From contig CAMARR010000011.1 in the NCBI GenBank assembly GCA_945860915.1, positions 1,394 to 65,393 on the forward strand: a stretch of 64,000 bases of DNA, in the 5' to 3' direction. The notes below the pieces were generated by a model, which saw only the letters and a program-made list of their open reading frames with translations, was not told where the DNA came from and did not search any database. Origin of the DNA: Candidatus Kuenenia stuttgartensis (GTDB lineage Bacteria > Planctomycetota > GCA-002687715 > CAIWVZ01). Each line of letters opens with the position of its first letter. Within the stretch, counting starts at the first letter, position 1. This document shows, piece after piece, positions 35,978 through 44,749 of this stretch. A program made the translations under genes and the position numbers.

Positions 35978-37048
35978 ATGATGCGCCACCTAATTGCATG
36001 CTTGACACTGACTGCCGCCGCAACCGCACAGCTGATTCCCGACGGAATCTACTATCGATATAACGAGGGTGCAGGGACTACCACCGCAAATGTGGCCAGC
36101 CCGAACGTTGGAACGCCAACTGCCACAATGACCACTCAGTCATTTGGCGTCGGCAAGGTTGGCTCAGGCCTCTCGGCCACAGGCCTTGGAACGAGTTACA
36201 CCAATTCGGGCTGGACTACCAACCTCATCGGCACCTCGTGGACCGTCGAGTTCTGGATCAACCCCGCCTACGTCGGCACCACCATTTCCTACCTAGTTGG
36301 CGACAGCGTATCCGGTTTCCGATTCTTCTGGGGAGGCGTTGCTGGCGCAGGCAACATCATCTGCCGAGGCACCGGATTCACCGACTGCACGATCACAGGT
36401 TGCGTCAACACGATCAACACTTGGAGTCATGTCGCATTCGTCTATGACCACCTTGCGGTCCCAAGGACGATCGTCGGCTACCTGAATGGATCTCCCGTCA
36501 TTACCTCGATCCAAGCCGTCGCAGGCGTCGCAATCACCGGCGGCCCTTTCTACGTGGGAAACTACAACGCCACGGCGGTCGGGCTGAATGGATCCATGGA
36601 CGAGTTTCGGCTTTGGTTCTCGGCACGCACGGCAGCCCAAATCGCAGCCAACTATCTGGGTGAGATTTATCCCGAGAACATCTTCACCGCGACCACCACG
36701 GGCGGTGGCGCTGGCGATCTCACGCTTTCCTTGACTGCGATCAACGCGGCTGCAACGGAAGGCTACATATTCCTTTCGCAGACCGCGACGGGCCCTCTCG
36801 GCGCAGGACCATTCCTCGGCTTAGTGCCTGATGCACTGACGTGGAGCGGATTCGGTGTCCCTATGGCACCCGGCAATCCGTTGCACTTCCCCATTGGGAT
36901 TCCAGGCATCTTTCCTGACCAGCCCTTTGTTGTCCCCCCTGGGACATTGGTGAGTCTCGCCGGACAGACGTGGGACTCGGTCGTACTCGTACTGGGATCC
37001 GGGCAGACTTACGTGGGTCGTTCGTCGGTGCAACGTCTACCCTGGTGA
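35978..37048 (+). CDS. secreted LamG/concanavalin-A-like lectin-domain protein with shared C-terminal module
   Basis: Signal peptide MMRHLIACLTLTAAATAQ. WTVEFWINP...GSMDEFRLWFSARTAAQIAANY is a Laminin_G_3-type signature. The C-terminal ~110 aa match the shared module. Confidence 0.75.
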   Translation: MMRHLIACLTLTAAATAQLIPDGIYYRYNEGAGTTTANVASPNVGTPTATMTTQSFGVGKVGSGLSATGLGTSYTNSGWTTNLIGTSWTVEFWINPAYVGTTISYLVGDSVSGFRFFWGGVAGAGNIICRGTGFTDCTITGCVNTINTWSHVAFVYDHLAVPRTIVGYLNGSPVITSIQAVAGVAITGGPFYVGNYNATAVGLNGSMDEFRLWFSARTAAQIAANYLGEIYPENIFTATTTGGGAGDLTLSLTAINAAATEGYIFLSQTATGPLGAGPFLGLVPDALTWSGFGVPMAPGNPLHFPIGIPGIFPDQPFVVPPGTLVSLAGQTWDSVVLVLGSGQTYVGRSSVQRLPW

Positions 37049-37112
37049 TCATGTTCTTCGTGCCTTTCACACCACCAATTGCCTCGCCGCAACGCTGTTA
37101 ACTTCTTGTCAT

Positions 37113-37154
37113 CGAACAACACCTCCCTCGCTCGTATGTGTGGAGGTGTTGTCG
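37113..37154 (+). terminator. strong hairpin downstream of the LamG gene (11-bp core stem ACAACACCTCC/GGAGGTGTTGT, 15-nt loop), no U-tract
   Basis: Read directly. Starts 65 nt after the stop at 37048. Followed by direct repeat CGCGAGCCTC x2 at 37163..37184. Confidence 0.35.
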
Positions 37155-37310
37155 GCGGATTTCGCGAGCCTCTCCGCGAGCCTCAAAACACACGCGCCGA
37201 TGCAGGAATTGTGCAGACCTTTTCTCGGTGAGTCTCAGCGGACGATAGAAAGCTGACCGAGGGCGCAGTTGAGTCGGTTGGCCGACGACCTGCGATGTAG
37301 GGGGGATGTG

Positions 37311-39038
37311 ATGGGCAAGTTGTATCTTTGCGCGGCCACTTTGGCTTCAATGGCGATTGCGCAGGCGTGTCCAGAGCGCGTAAGCGTGGCGTCGGCCGGG
37401 TTGGAGGCGAATTCGCATAGCTATGCCCCGTCGGTCTCCACGGACGGAGCCTACATCGCATTTGTCTCCGACGCGTCGAACCTCGTTCCCGGCGACAACA
37501 ACCTTGTTGCAGACGTTTTCGTACGAGACCGGCGCCTCGACGTGACGACGCGAGTGAGCGTGGCATCGAATGGCGCACAAATGGACCCTTGGCTGTCCGG
37601 GGGATTCACGCCTCTCGGCTGCTCGACACCGTCCATCTCGGGAGATGGCCGATTCGTTGCGTTTGCATCCTACGGATCCAATCTCGTCCCCGGGGACACC
37701 AACGCCCGTCAGGACATCTTCGTCCACGATAGATCTACGGGCAGTACCGTCCGCGTAAGTGTCTCGACCAATGGGATCGAGGCCGATGCCGATTCGTACT
37801 TTCCCACAATCTCGAGGGATGGGCTGATTGTCGCGTGGCAAAGCTCCGCGACGAATCTGGTTCTAGGTGACACAAACGGCAACTCGGACATTTTCGTGCA
37901 TGACCGCACGACGGCGACCACCACTCGAGTCAGTTTGACTGCCGCTTCAGCTCAGGTGTTTGGTTCATCGACATCGCCATCCCTTTCCACGACGGGTCAA
38001 TTCGTCGCATTCGCTTCCACAGCATCCAACCTAGTTACTGGTGACACCAATGCCGCCGCAGATGTCTTCATCGCGGATCGCGTCACCGGCTCGGTCACTC
38101 GCATCAGCGTGAACTCTTCCGGTGCCCAAGCCATCGGTTCAAGTCTCGGAAGTGGCGAACCATCCATATCTGGCGATGGCACCAAGATCGCGTTCCGTAG
38201 TTACATGACCAACCTGATCGCCGGGGACACAAATGGGTGCGCCGACATATTCTTGCGAGATCTCGCCGCAGGAACCACAACACGAACGAGCTTGACTGCA
38301 ACGTCCGGCCAAGGAGTCGGCAATTCAGCAAGCGGTGCAACCGGCTCCTTCGGGCCTAGAATTTCGCAGGATGGCCGCTACGTCGCCTTCGTGAGCCATT
38401 CGACCAACCTCGTCCCGAATGACTCGAATGCCACTGCTGACACATTCCTGCGCGACACCCTCGTCGCAACGACCACTCGCATGGGAGTGACGCCCAAGTC
38501 GGCGAGCCTCGATACTGGAGCTGCGTATTGGGGATCAACGCCATGGCTTGCCATTTCAGGCGATGGCGCCACCGTCGCATTCATCACGACAAGCTCGAGT
38601 GCAGTGGACGTCGACACAAACGGCGCCACGGATGTCTTCGTCAACTCGCTGCGTCCGCGGCTTGCCACGGCAGCGACGATCGCCAAAGGACAAACGCTCA
38701 CGCTGACTATGGACGCTCCTTCGAACGCCGTCGGCAGCGCCTATGTCCTCGCTGCGGCGCTTGCGACTACGCCGGGAATCCATGTTGGTGCAGGAAGGGT
38801 GTTTCCGTTAGCCAACGACGCCGTTCTCATCGCGACGCTTTCGCCGAGCACGCCCGGCCTGATGGCATTCCACGGGTCCTTTGGCGTCACGGCATCGGCG
38901 ACGGCAACATTCGCAGTGCCCAATACGACATCACTCGTCGGACTCACGTTGTCCAGTGCGTTTGTGATTCTCGACGGTGGCCATGCCTATGGGCTGCGGG
39001 CCTGCTCGAATGTCGTCACCTTCGTCATCACGAACTAG
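37311..39038 (+). CDS. secreted PD40/TolB-like beta-propeller repeat protein with shared C-terminal module
   Basis: ATG at 37311 gives signal peptide MGKLYLCAATLASMAIAQA. About 8 repeats of S.SGDGR.VAF.S.A.NLV.GDTN...D.FV.DR..G.T.RVSV. C-terminal module as in 3 other genes. Confidence 0.8.
   Translation: MGKLYLCAATLASMAIAQACPERVSVASAGLEANSHSYAPSVSTDGAYIAFVSDASNLVPGDNNLVADVFVRDRRLDVTTRVSVASNGAQMDPWLSGGFTPLGCSTPSISGDGRFVAFASYGSNLVPGDTNARQDIFVHDRSTGSTVRVSVSTNGIEADADSYFPTISRDGLIVAWQSSATNLVLGDTNGNSDIFVHDRTTATTTRVSLTAASAQVFGSSTSPSLSTTGQFVAFASTASNLVTGDTNAAADVFIADRVTGSVTRISVNSSGAQAIGSSLGSGEPSISGDGTKIAFRSYMTNLIAGDTNGCADIFLRDLAAGTTTRTSLTATSGQGVGNSASGATGSFGPRISQDGRYVAFVSHSTNLVPNDSNATADTFLRDTLVATTTRMGVTPKSASLDTGAAYWGSTPWLAISGDGATVAFITTSSSAVDVDTNGATDVFVNSLRPRLATAATIAKGQTLTLTMDAPSNAVGSAYVLAAALATTPGIHVGAGRVFPLANDAVLIATLSPSTPGLMAFHGSFGVTASATATFAVPNTTSLVGLTLSSAFVILDGGHAYGLRACSNVVTFVITN
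37386..38650 (+). repeat. about 8 tandem ~48-aa PD40-type propeller-blade repeats (protein level)
   Basis: The periodic motif GDTN...D(I/V)F(V/L)(H/R)D recurs about every 48 codons in the translation. Confidence 0.7.
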
Positions 39039-39050
39039 GCGACAACGCGG

Positions 39051-39293
39051 CTACTTCTTTTCGGAGGGCTCGGCCGGAGTCCAGCTGAACTTAGACTTCA
39101 GCTCGGCGAGAAGCGCATCGACCTGTGCCTCGGAACCCGTGATCTTCAGGATGCTGGCATCCTCGTATTGAGCGATCAGGATCTGGCCTTTGGCCCAGCT
39201 ACGCACATGATCCACCACGTCGGGACGATGGTGATCGTTGTAACGCGTGAATTTTTTGAACGTCTGGGTGACTTTGACGAGCGGTTCCGCCAT
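39051..39293 (-). CDS. hypothetical small protein (80 aa)
   Basis: Clean ORF with good GC3. 24 nt downstream of the zinc-ribbon gene on the same strand. No motif recognised. Confidence 0.5.
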   Translation of the reverse strand: MAEPLVKVTQTFKKFTRYNDHHRPDVVDHVRSWAKGQILIAQYEDASILKITGSEAQVDALLAELKSKFSWTPAEPSEKK

Positions 39294-39317
39294 GGTCAGG
39301 CTCCGTAGGATGCGACA

Positions 39318-39617
39318 TTAACCCTTTTCACGATCCGCGCCACCGTCCCTCTTGGCCATTCTCTTGGCGGCATCGAACAGCGAATCAAGCCGTTCCTGCT
39401 GATTCTTGACGCGGTCGGCCGCGACGTCGAAATCTGATGCAGCACGCGCTCGCCGTTCTTCCGTAGCCCGGAGGGCCGCCGAGAGGGGGTCTTCTCCCCT
39501 CCCTGGAGCGGGGCTGCCGGCCTTGTGGTGACGAATGACCCTCCCGTCCTTGGGGTCAACCTCGAGGATTTCCGAGCAGCATGGGCACCTTACAGATAAA
39601 GGCTTGGGCGAGTTCAC
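39318..39617 (-). CDS. small zinc-ribbon-like protein with charged helical tail
   Basis: RCPCCSEILEVDPKDGRVIRHH (CxxC...HH), then a coiled, charged C-terminus. Confidence 0.55.
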   Translation of the reverse strand: MNSPKPLSVRCPCCSEILEVDPKDGRVIRHHKAGSPAPGRGEDPLSAALRATEERRARAASDFDVAADRVKNQQERLDSLFDAAKRMAKRDGGADREKG

Positions 39618-39663
39618 AGTGCGATTTTACCTCAATCCACATTCATGACGATACAAGAACATC

Positions 39664-40053
39664 ATGGCTGCCCCGTCTCGCCGCGTACGCGCTCGCATCC
39701 TCGTCAAGCTCTCTGCCAGAATTGGAGACGAGAATAGCGAAATGGTATCCGTACGCGACGTCTCGCCAGACGGCTGCTCCATCCTGACTCGGAATGTCCC
39801 GGAAAAGGGGTCGCGAGTGGTGCTCTGGATCGGCGAAGACACGATGCCCATGATTCGGATGGAGGCGAAAGTTGCGAACCTCATTCCCACCAACGTCGTT
39901 GGCGTGATCCGGGTTGGCATGTTCTTCATTCCACCGCAAGTGAATCCACAGGCTCAGACGAAAGCGTGGCATGCGCTGTTCCGCAGAGTGATGAAGTCGG
40001 GCGTGGTTGACGTTCCGCCCCAAGAGACGGTTCGTCCTACGCCGCAACGATAA
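39664..40053 (+). CDS. PilZ-domain protein (putative c-di-GMP receptor)
   Basis: RRVRAR (RxxxR) followed by RDVSPDGCSI (D.S..G) at PilZ spacing. Confidence 0.7.
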   Translation: MAAPSRRVRARILVKLSARIGDENSEMVSVRDVSPDGCSILTRNVPEKGSRVVLWIGEDTMPMIRMEAKVANLIPTNVVGVIRVGMFFIPPQVNPQAQTKAWHALFRRVMKSGVVDVPPQETVRPTPQR

Positions 40054-40069
40054 GGCGGGAACTGCGAAC

Positions 40070-41182
40070 CTAGGCGAGTGCCGCGACGAGTGCGTCGACG
40101 ACCTCGTTATGCTCCGACTCCGTGAGCCCAGGGAACACTGGCAACGCTAAAACTTCGTGCGCGGCGAGTTCTGCTTCCGGGAAGTCTCCCTTGCGGTAGC
40201 CGAGATTTGCGAAACACTCCTGTAGGTGGAATGGAATCGGGTAGTAGACCATCGTCCCCACTCCCTTCGCCTTCATCGAACTCTGCACCAAATCCCGCCG
40301 TCCACGCTTGACCCGCACGACGTATTGGTGGACCGAATGTCCCTCGTGAATCTGCGGAAGCACCACGCGATCTGCGTCGATTCCGCGCGCGCGAATCCGC
40401 TCCTCGTAGCGACGCGCATTCACGCGGCGCGTGGCATTCATCGTATTCAGATGAGGAAGACCAGCGCCGAGGATCGCCGCTTGCAGAGCGTCGAGCCTGA
40501 AGTTCCCTCCAACTAGCCGGTGGGCATATTGAGCAGTTTGACCATGGGTGCGGATCATGCGCAATAGATCCGCCATCGCGGGGTCCTTCGTCGATGCCAT
40601 CCCCGCATCGCCCGCTGCGCCGAGGTTCTTCGTCGGAAAGAACGACCATGCGGCCGCAGCGGTGAGCTCGCCGGCAACACGACCAAAAGCGTCGCGAGCG
40701 CCAATCGCCTGCGCAGCGTCTTCAAGGATCGGGATGCCGGGCATCGCCGCAATCAGCGAAGTCATATCCATGACGTGGCCATAGAGGTGAACCGGCACAA
40801 TCGCCTTGACTCCCCGACGCTCCGTCAACGCCACTTTCTGCGGATCAAGTCCAAAGTTCACCGGCTCGATGTCGCAAAAGACGGGCACTGCGCCGAGTCG
40901 CGATATGGTCCCCGCGGTCGCAAAGAACGAGAACGGAGTCGTGACGACGCGGTCGCCATGTCCCACGCCAAGCGCCATGAGGCCGGCTAGCAGGGCGTCG
41001 GTGCCACTCGACATGCCGATGACATGATGCCCATCCAATGCCTGAGAACAGGCCGCTTCAAACGCTTCGACTTCCTTGCCCAAGATGAACTGTCGATGGC
41101 CGAGCACGCGCAGAGCTGCGGCCTTCATGTCTTCAGAAAATGGTGCCATCACACGGCCGAGATCAATGAATGGGACGGTCAA
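40070..41182 (-). CDS. DegT/DnrJ/EryC1/StrS-family PLP sugar aminotransferase (WbpE-like)
   Basis: VPFIDLG..., FILGKEVEAFE and SFFPTKNLGAAGDAG are family motifs. TTG start at 41182 lies after GGAGGA and overlaps the upstream TGA (TTGA). Confidence 0.9.
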   Translation of the reverse strand: MTVPFIDLGRVMAPFSEDMKAAALRVLGHRQFILGKEVEAFEAACSQALDGHHVIGMSSGTDALLAGLMALGVGHGDRVVTTPFSFFATAGTISRLGAVPVFCDIEPVNFGLDPQKVALTERRGVKAIVPVHLYGHVMDMTSLIAAMPGIPILEDAAQAIGARDAFGRVAGELTAAAAWSFFPTKNLGAAGDAGMASTKDPAMADLLRMIRTHGQTAQYAHRLVGGNFRLDALQAAILGAGLPHLNTMNATRRVNARRYEERIRARGIDADRVVLPQIHEGHSVHQYVVRVKRGRRDLVQSSMKAKGVGTMVYYPIPFHLQECFANLGYRKGDFPEAELAAHEVLALPVFPGLTESEHNEVVDALVAALA

Positions 41183-41751
41183 GACGATTCCTCCACAAGT
41201 CCGCCCGAAGGCGACGCCACGTAGCCTCTTCCGCACTCGCCGCAGCGCCCTTTGACTGGATCAACGCGCTCGCCGCAGCGGCATGTGTAACCGCACGCTA
41301 CCGCGGGGTTCCCTGCCACCAAGACGAAGTCCGGCACATCACGTGTGACCACCGCGCCTGCCGCAACAAACGCGCAGCGCCCTACGGTGACACCACACCG
41401 AATCGTGGCATTGGCGCCGATCGTCGCTCCTTCACGAACCAATGTCGTTTCGTACTTATCCCGGCGTGGAAACGTCGCACGCGGGCGCCGTACATTGGTG
41501 AAAGTGGCAGACGGCCCGACGAACACACCTTCCTCAAGAACCACGCCATCGAACAAAGAAACGTGGTTCTGAATCTTGCAACGGTCCCCGACCGAAACGG
41601 TCCCTGCAACAAACACGCCCTGCCCGAGAATGCAGTTACTGCCAATACGAGCGCCCGGCATCACGTGAACCCCATGCCAGATTCGAGTTTCCGCACCGAC
41701 AACCGCGCCGACGTCCACGTGCGCGGACGGGTGAATGAGGGGGTCGCTCAT
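41179..41751 (-). CDS. left-handed beta-helix (hexapeptide) sugar N-acetyltransferase (WbpD-like)
   Basis: Hexapeptide repeats (IHPSAHVDVGAVVGAETRIWHGVHV...). ATGA overlap with the upstream oxidoreductase stop. C-terminal CxC..(x)..C.C zinc-ribbon-like tail. Confidence 0.85.
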   Translation of the reverse strand: MSDPLIHPSAHVDVGAVVGAETRIWHGVHVMPGARIGSNCILGQGVFVAGTVSVGDRCKIQNHVSLFDGVVLEEGVFVGPSATFTNVRRPRATFPRRDKYETTLVREGATIGANATIRCGVTVGRCAFVAAGAVVTRDVPDFVLVAGNPAVACGYTCRCGERVDPVKGRCGECGRGYVASPSGGLVEESS

Positions 41752-42749
41752 CGCGAGATTCCGAGTGCTGCAGAGCATCTGATCGGCTCGCCGCCCGAGC
41801 GCAGGCTCCGGCTCGCTGCTTCAAGCACGGCCACGACACCCAAGCCATGTCGCCCACCGGATAACGGCTCCTCGCGTCGGTCGCAGCACTCGAGAAAGTG
41901 GGCTATTTCGAGTCGAAGCGGCTCCTGCGGCGGGAGCGTGATGTCGAGGCCTTCATCTCGTCGGTGCACCAATACTTCTCCCGCTACATCGACACCAGAG
42001 TCATACAGGCGAAGCGATCCTCCCGTTCCATTGTCGACAAATGTCGCCATCTTTCGGTCGCCGATGACCGTCAGCCTTTGCTCTCGAAATGGATGTAACC
42101 AAGAGACGAACACATGGCCTTTGATTCCGCTTGCAAATTCAAGATGGGTCACGGTGACGTCGCTTCGGTCATCCCGAAGAAACGCGCTCCCAATAGCTCG
42201 AACTGACGTTGGCGTTTCTGCGAGAAGGTAGCCCATCGCAGCGAAGTCGTGCGGCGCGAACGACCAGAGGATGTCCTCCGAGGGCCGCACGGTGCCTAAG
42301 TTGAGTCGATGAGCGTAGACGTAGCGCACAGCACCAAGGTCCCCGGAGCGAATGAGCTCACGCAGACGGAGAACTGCGGGGTGGTACAGCGTGACATGGC
42401 CGACCATGAGGACACGACCATGACGATCTGCGACGCCGACAAGTTCCTCTGCCTCGGAGGCCTTCAACGTCATCGGCTTCTCGACGAGAACGTCCTTTCC
42501 TGCCTGCAAGGCGGCGAGCGCGAGCGCATGGTGTGTCGGCGCCGGGGTTGCAATCACAACCGCGTTGACACGACCGTCACACAAGATCGCGTTCCACGAC
42601 GCCGCCTGCTCGCCCGGTTGAAGCACCGCGCACTGCGAAGGATCCACATCAAACGCCGAATGCAGCTCCCCGAATTCTCTGAGAATCCTTAGGTGGTTTC
42701 GGCCCCAGGCTCCAAGTCCTAGGAGGGCGACGCGTGGACGACTCGACAT
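41748..42749 (-). CDS. Gfo/Idh/MocA-family NAD-dependent sugar oxidoreductase (WbpB-like)
   Basis: N-terminal VALLGLGAWGRNH Rossmann motif, EKP motif (VLVEKPM), typical length. Confidence 0.85.
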   Translation of the reverse strand: MSSRPRVALLGLGAWGRNHLRILREFGELHSAFDVDPSQCAVLQPGEQAASWNAILCDGRVNAVVIATPAPTHHALALAALQAGKDVLVEKPMTLKASEAEELVGVADRHGRVLMVGHVTLYHPAVLRLRELIRSGDLGAVRYVYAHRLNLGTVRPSEDILWSFAPHDFAAMGYLLAETPTSVRAIGSAFLRDDRSDVTVTHLEFASGIKGHVFVSWLHPFREQRLTVIGDRKMATFVDNGTGGSLRLYDSGVDVAGEVLVHRRDEGLDITLPPQEPLRLEIAHFLECCDRREEPLSGGRHGLGVVAVLEAASRSLRSGGEPIRCSAALGISR

Positions 42750-42855
42750 GGGTCCAAGATCCTACGCTCGCGAGCGAGGGCGATCGAAGGCCCATAGAAA
42801 CGAACAACCCCGGCCAAGTGACCGGGGTCGTTCTTTGAACAGTGTGGGAAGCGGA

Positions 42856-43545
42856 TCAGCCGCCGCCACCACCTGGACGACGATTGCCGCCCTGGCCACC
42901 ACGTCCGCCGCCCATGCCACGGCCACCCATGATGGATCCGCCGAGCGATTCTTCGACCTTCTTGGCCTCGTCTTCGGAGAGGAACTTGCGGAGGTCGGTC
43001 TTCAGCTCATCGCGGAAGGCTTGCATCTCCGACATCATTTCCTCGCGGGAGAGTTCGCCCGAGCGCATGGCTTCCATCATTTCGCGCATTTTGTCTTGCG
43101 CGGCCTTCTGGGTTTCCTTGAGCTTCTCGGTCTTCTTCTCGTCGAGCTTCAACTCCTTGGCAATGTCGTCGAGCGACTTCTGGCCGGAGGCAGCCATTGC
43201 ACCGCGAGCCGGGGTGCCCTTCTCGATGCGCTCGGCGAGCTTCTTCGAAGCGTCAGCGAGAGCCTTGTCGGTTCCGGTTGCTTGGGCATTCAGAATGGGG
43301 AGGGCCGGCTTTCCGACCTTCTCGACGGCCGCGACGGATGAGTCACGGATGACGACATTTGAGTCCGCGATCTTTGCAGCGAGGGTCTTGACCCACGCTT
43401 CAGCCGCGGCATCAAGTGGAGCCGGTTTAGCTGCATCCTGTGCTGCGACGGGTTTCTTCGCGGGTGCGCCTGCCGGGGCGCCTTCTTGGGCGACGGCCAC
43501 GACGGCCGAAAGCGCCATCACAATGGCAAACGGGAGCTTCTTCAT
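42856..43545 (-). CDS. secreted helical protein with Spy/CpxP-like charged region and Gly/Arg-rich tail
   Basis: ATG at 43545 gives signal peptide MKKLPFAIVMALSAVVAVAQ. HEAT-like segment, then an E/K/M-rich helical region ending GGRGMGGGRGGQGGNRRPGGGGG. The opposite-strand ORF 42842..43627 is rejected. Confidence 0.65.
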   Translation of the reverse strand: MKKLPFAIVMALSAVVAVAQEGAPAGAPAKKPVAAQDAAKPAPLDAAAEAWVKTLAAKIADSNVVIRDSSVAAVEKVGKPALPILNAQATGTDKALADASKKLAERIEKGTPARGAMAASGQKSLDDIAKELKLDEKKTEKLKETQKAAQDKMREMMEAMRSGELSREEMMSEMQAFRDELKTDLRKFLSEDEAKKVEESLGGSIMGGRGMGGGRGGQGGNRRPGGGGG

Positions 43546-43788
43546 AGTGTCAACCTCATTCATTATGGGCTCGGCCGCGATTGCGACCGACGCACCTGGT
43601 GCATCCTTTACGGATCGCCGACTCTGATCTTTCGGCGATCAGCGCGACGGGAAATGACGAACTTCGCCCACGACCTCCGGTCTTGGGCGCCAAAACGGCG
43701 GCTCAGCCCCGAAAAGCCACCCCCACGCCCTTCCAGGGGCCAAACGGACTATTGACCCCGGAACTGGGGCTTCGGTGAGCTCCCGCGG

Positions 43789-44511
43789 TCAACGGGGTCG
43801 ATCGGCCCGCAAGCCGGATTTCTCCACCTGGTGTTTTTTAAGCAAGCGAGACAGCTGCCCCCGGTCCATCTTCAATGTCCGAGCAGCCGCAGCGATGTTG
43901 CCGTGGCACGCGGCTAGGCGGTTTCGAAGGAGCCGCTTCTCAAAAACGTGCTTTGCCAATTTCAGAGAATGGCCACCCTCCCCATCTAGGGGAGAGTCCG
44001 CAAGGAGTTCACGCAAGGGATCGGCCAGCGCTTCGGCGTCGGCATTCTGCGCCGAATGTAACGCCAATCCGATTACACTGGCGGCGGCTCTCATCGAGTC
44101 AAGATCGGCAGAGTCGAGTCGGTGCGTCGCGTTGTCTGATGCGACATAAATGGCGGCCCAAAGCCCATTTTCGGCAATTACGGGAAGGGCGTAGCCCATG
44201 CCCTTGGCACTCGAATCCACCACAATGTGGCCCTCGTTGTGACTTTGCAATGCGAGGCTCATAGCATGGTCAAATACTTGGCCCTTGTTCGACTCGAACT
44301 CGGTATGCCCCTTGGCCACGACCTTCATTTCTGCGCCGTTGTTCGCGACCACCATGGCTCGGCAACCGCGGATCACGAGTCGCAGTAGATCGACCGCGGC
44401 ACCCACGCGTGAGTCGAGCGAGCGCGATGCGTGCATCCGCTGCGTGCACTCAAGGAGCTCCTTGACTATGCGAGAACATGGGGTGGGAATCGAAGTGGCA
44501 GGTCCGGTCAT
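43789..44511 (-). CDS. GAF-domain regulator with Fis-type (HTH_8) C-terminal helix-turn-helix, lacking an AAA+ module
   Basis: The C-terminus FEKRLLRNRLAACHGNIAAAARTLKMDRGQLSRLLKKH is the NtrC/Fis HTH signature. The upstream ~150 aa are GAF-like. No Walker motifs. Confidence 0.7.
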   Translation of the reverse strand: MTGPATSIPTPCSRIVKELLECTQRMHASRSLDSRVGAAVDLLRLVIRGCRAMVVANNGAEMKVVAKGHTEFESNKGQVFDHAMSLALQSHNEGHIVVDSSAKGMGYALPVIAENGLWAAIYVASDNATHRLDSADLDSMRAAASVIGLALHSAQNADAEALADPLRELLADSPLDGEGGHSLKLAKHVFEKRLLRNRLAACHGNIAAAARTLKMDRGQLSRLLKKHQVEKSGLRADRPR

Positions 44512-44749
44512 GTGCGCCTTTCAACGAGTCTCGATCAAAGAGGAACAAATCTGCACGGCCAAAGAACATTCAGGTCGCTTAATTCCGTTTTGGTCGTATT
44601 TTCGCATTTCTTCTGTGTGCTTTTCGCCCGTCTCAGTTCAATCTCAGTAACGACGCCCCGAAACTCGCGCCCCGAAAGGACCTGCATCGGCCCTTTCGAC
44701 CATGGATTTCGCTCGGATCGGATCGGGATCCCGTTAGACTTCGCGCCTC

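Noticed and set aside
42842-43627. 261-aa plus-strand ORF antisense to the secreted helical protein
   Set aside because: It has Pro/Ser/Ala-rich low-complexity translation with no motifs. The minus-strand frame has a signal peptide and coherent helical sequence. This is a typical high-GC shadow ORF. The same reasoning applies to 1532..2308(-), 16751..17320(+), 21921..22727(+), 25499..25987(-), 41170..42231(+), 61129..62019(+) and many shorter track entries.
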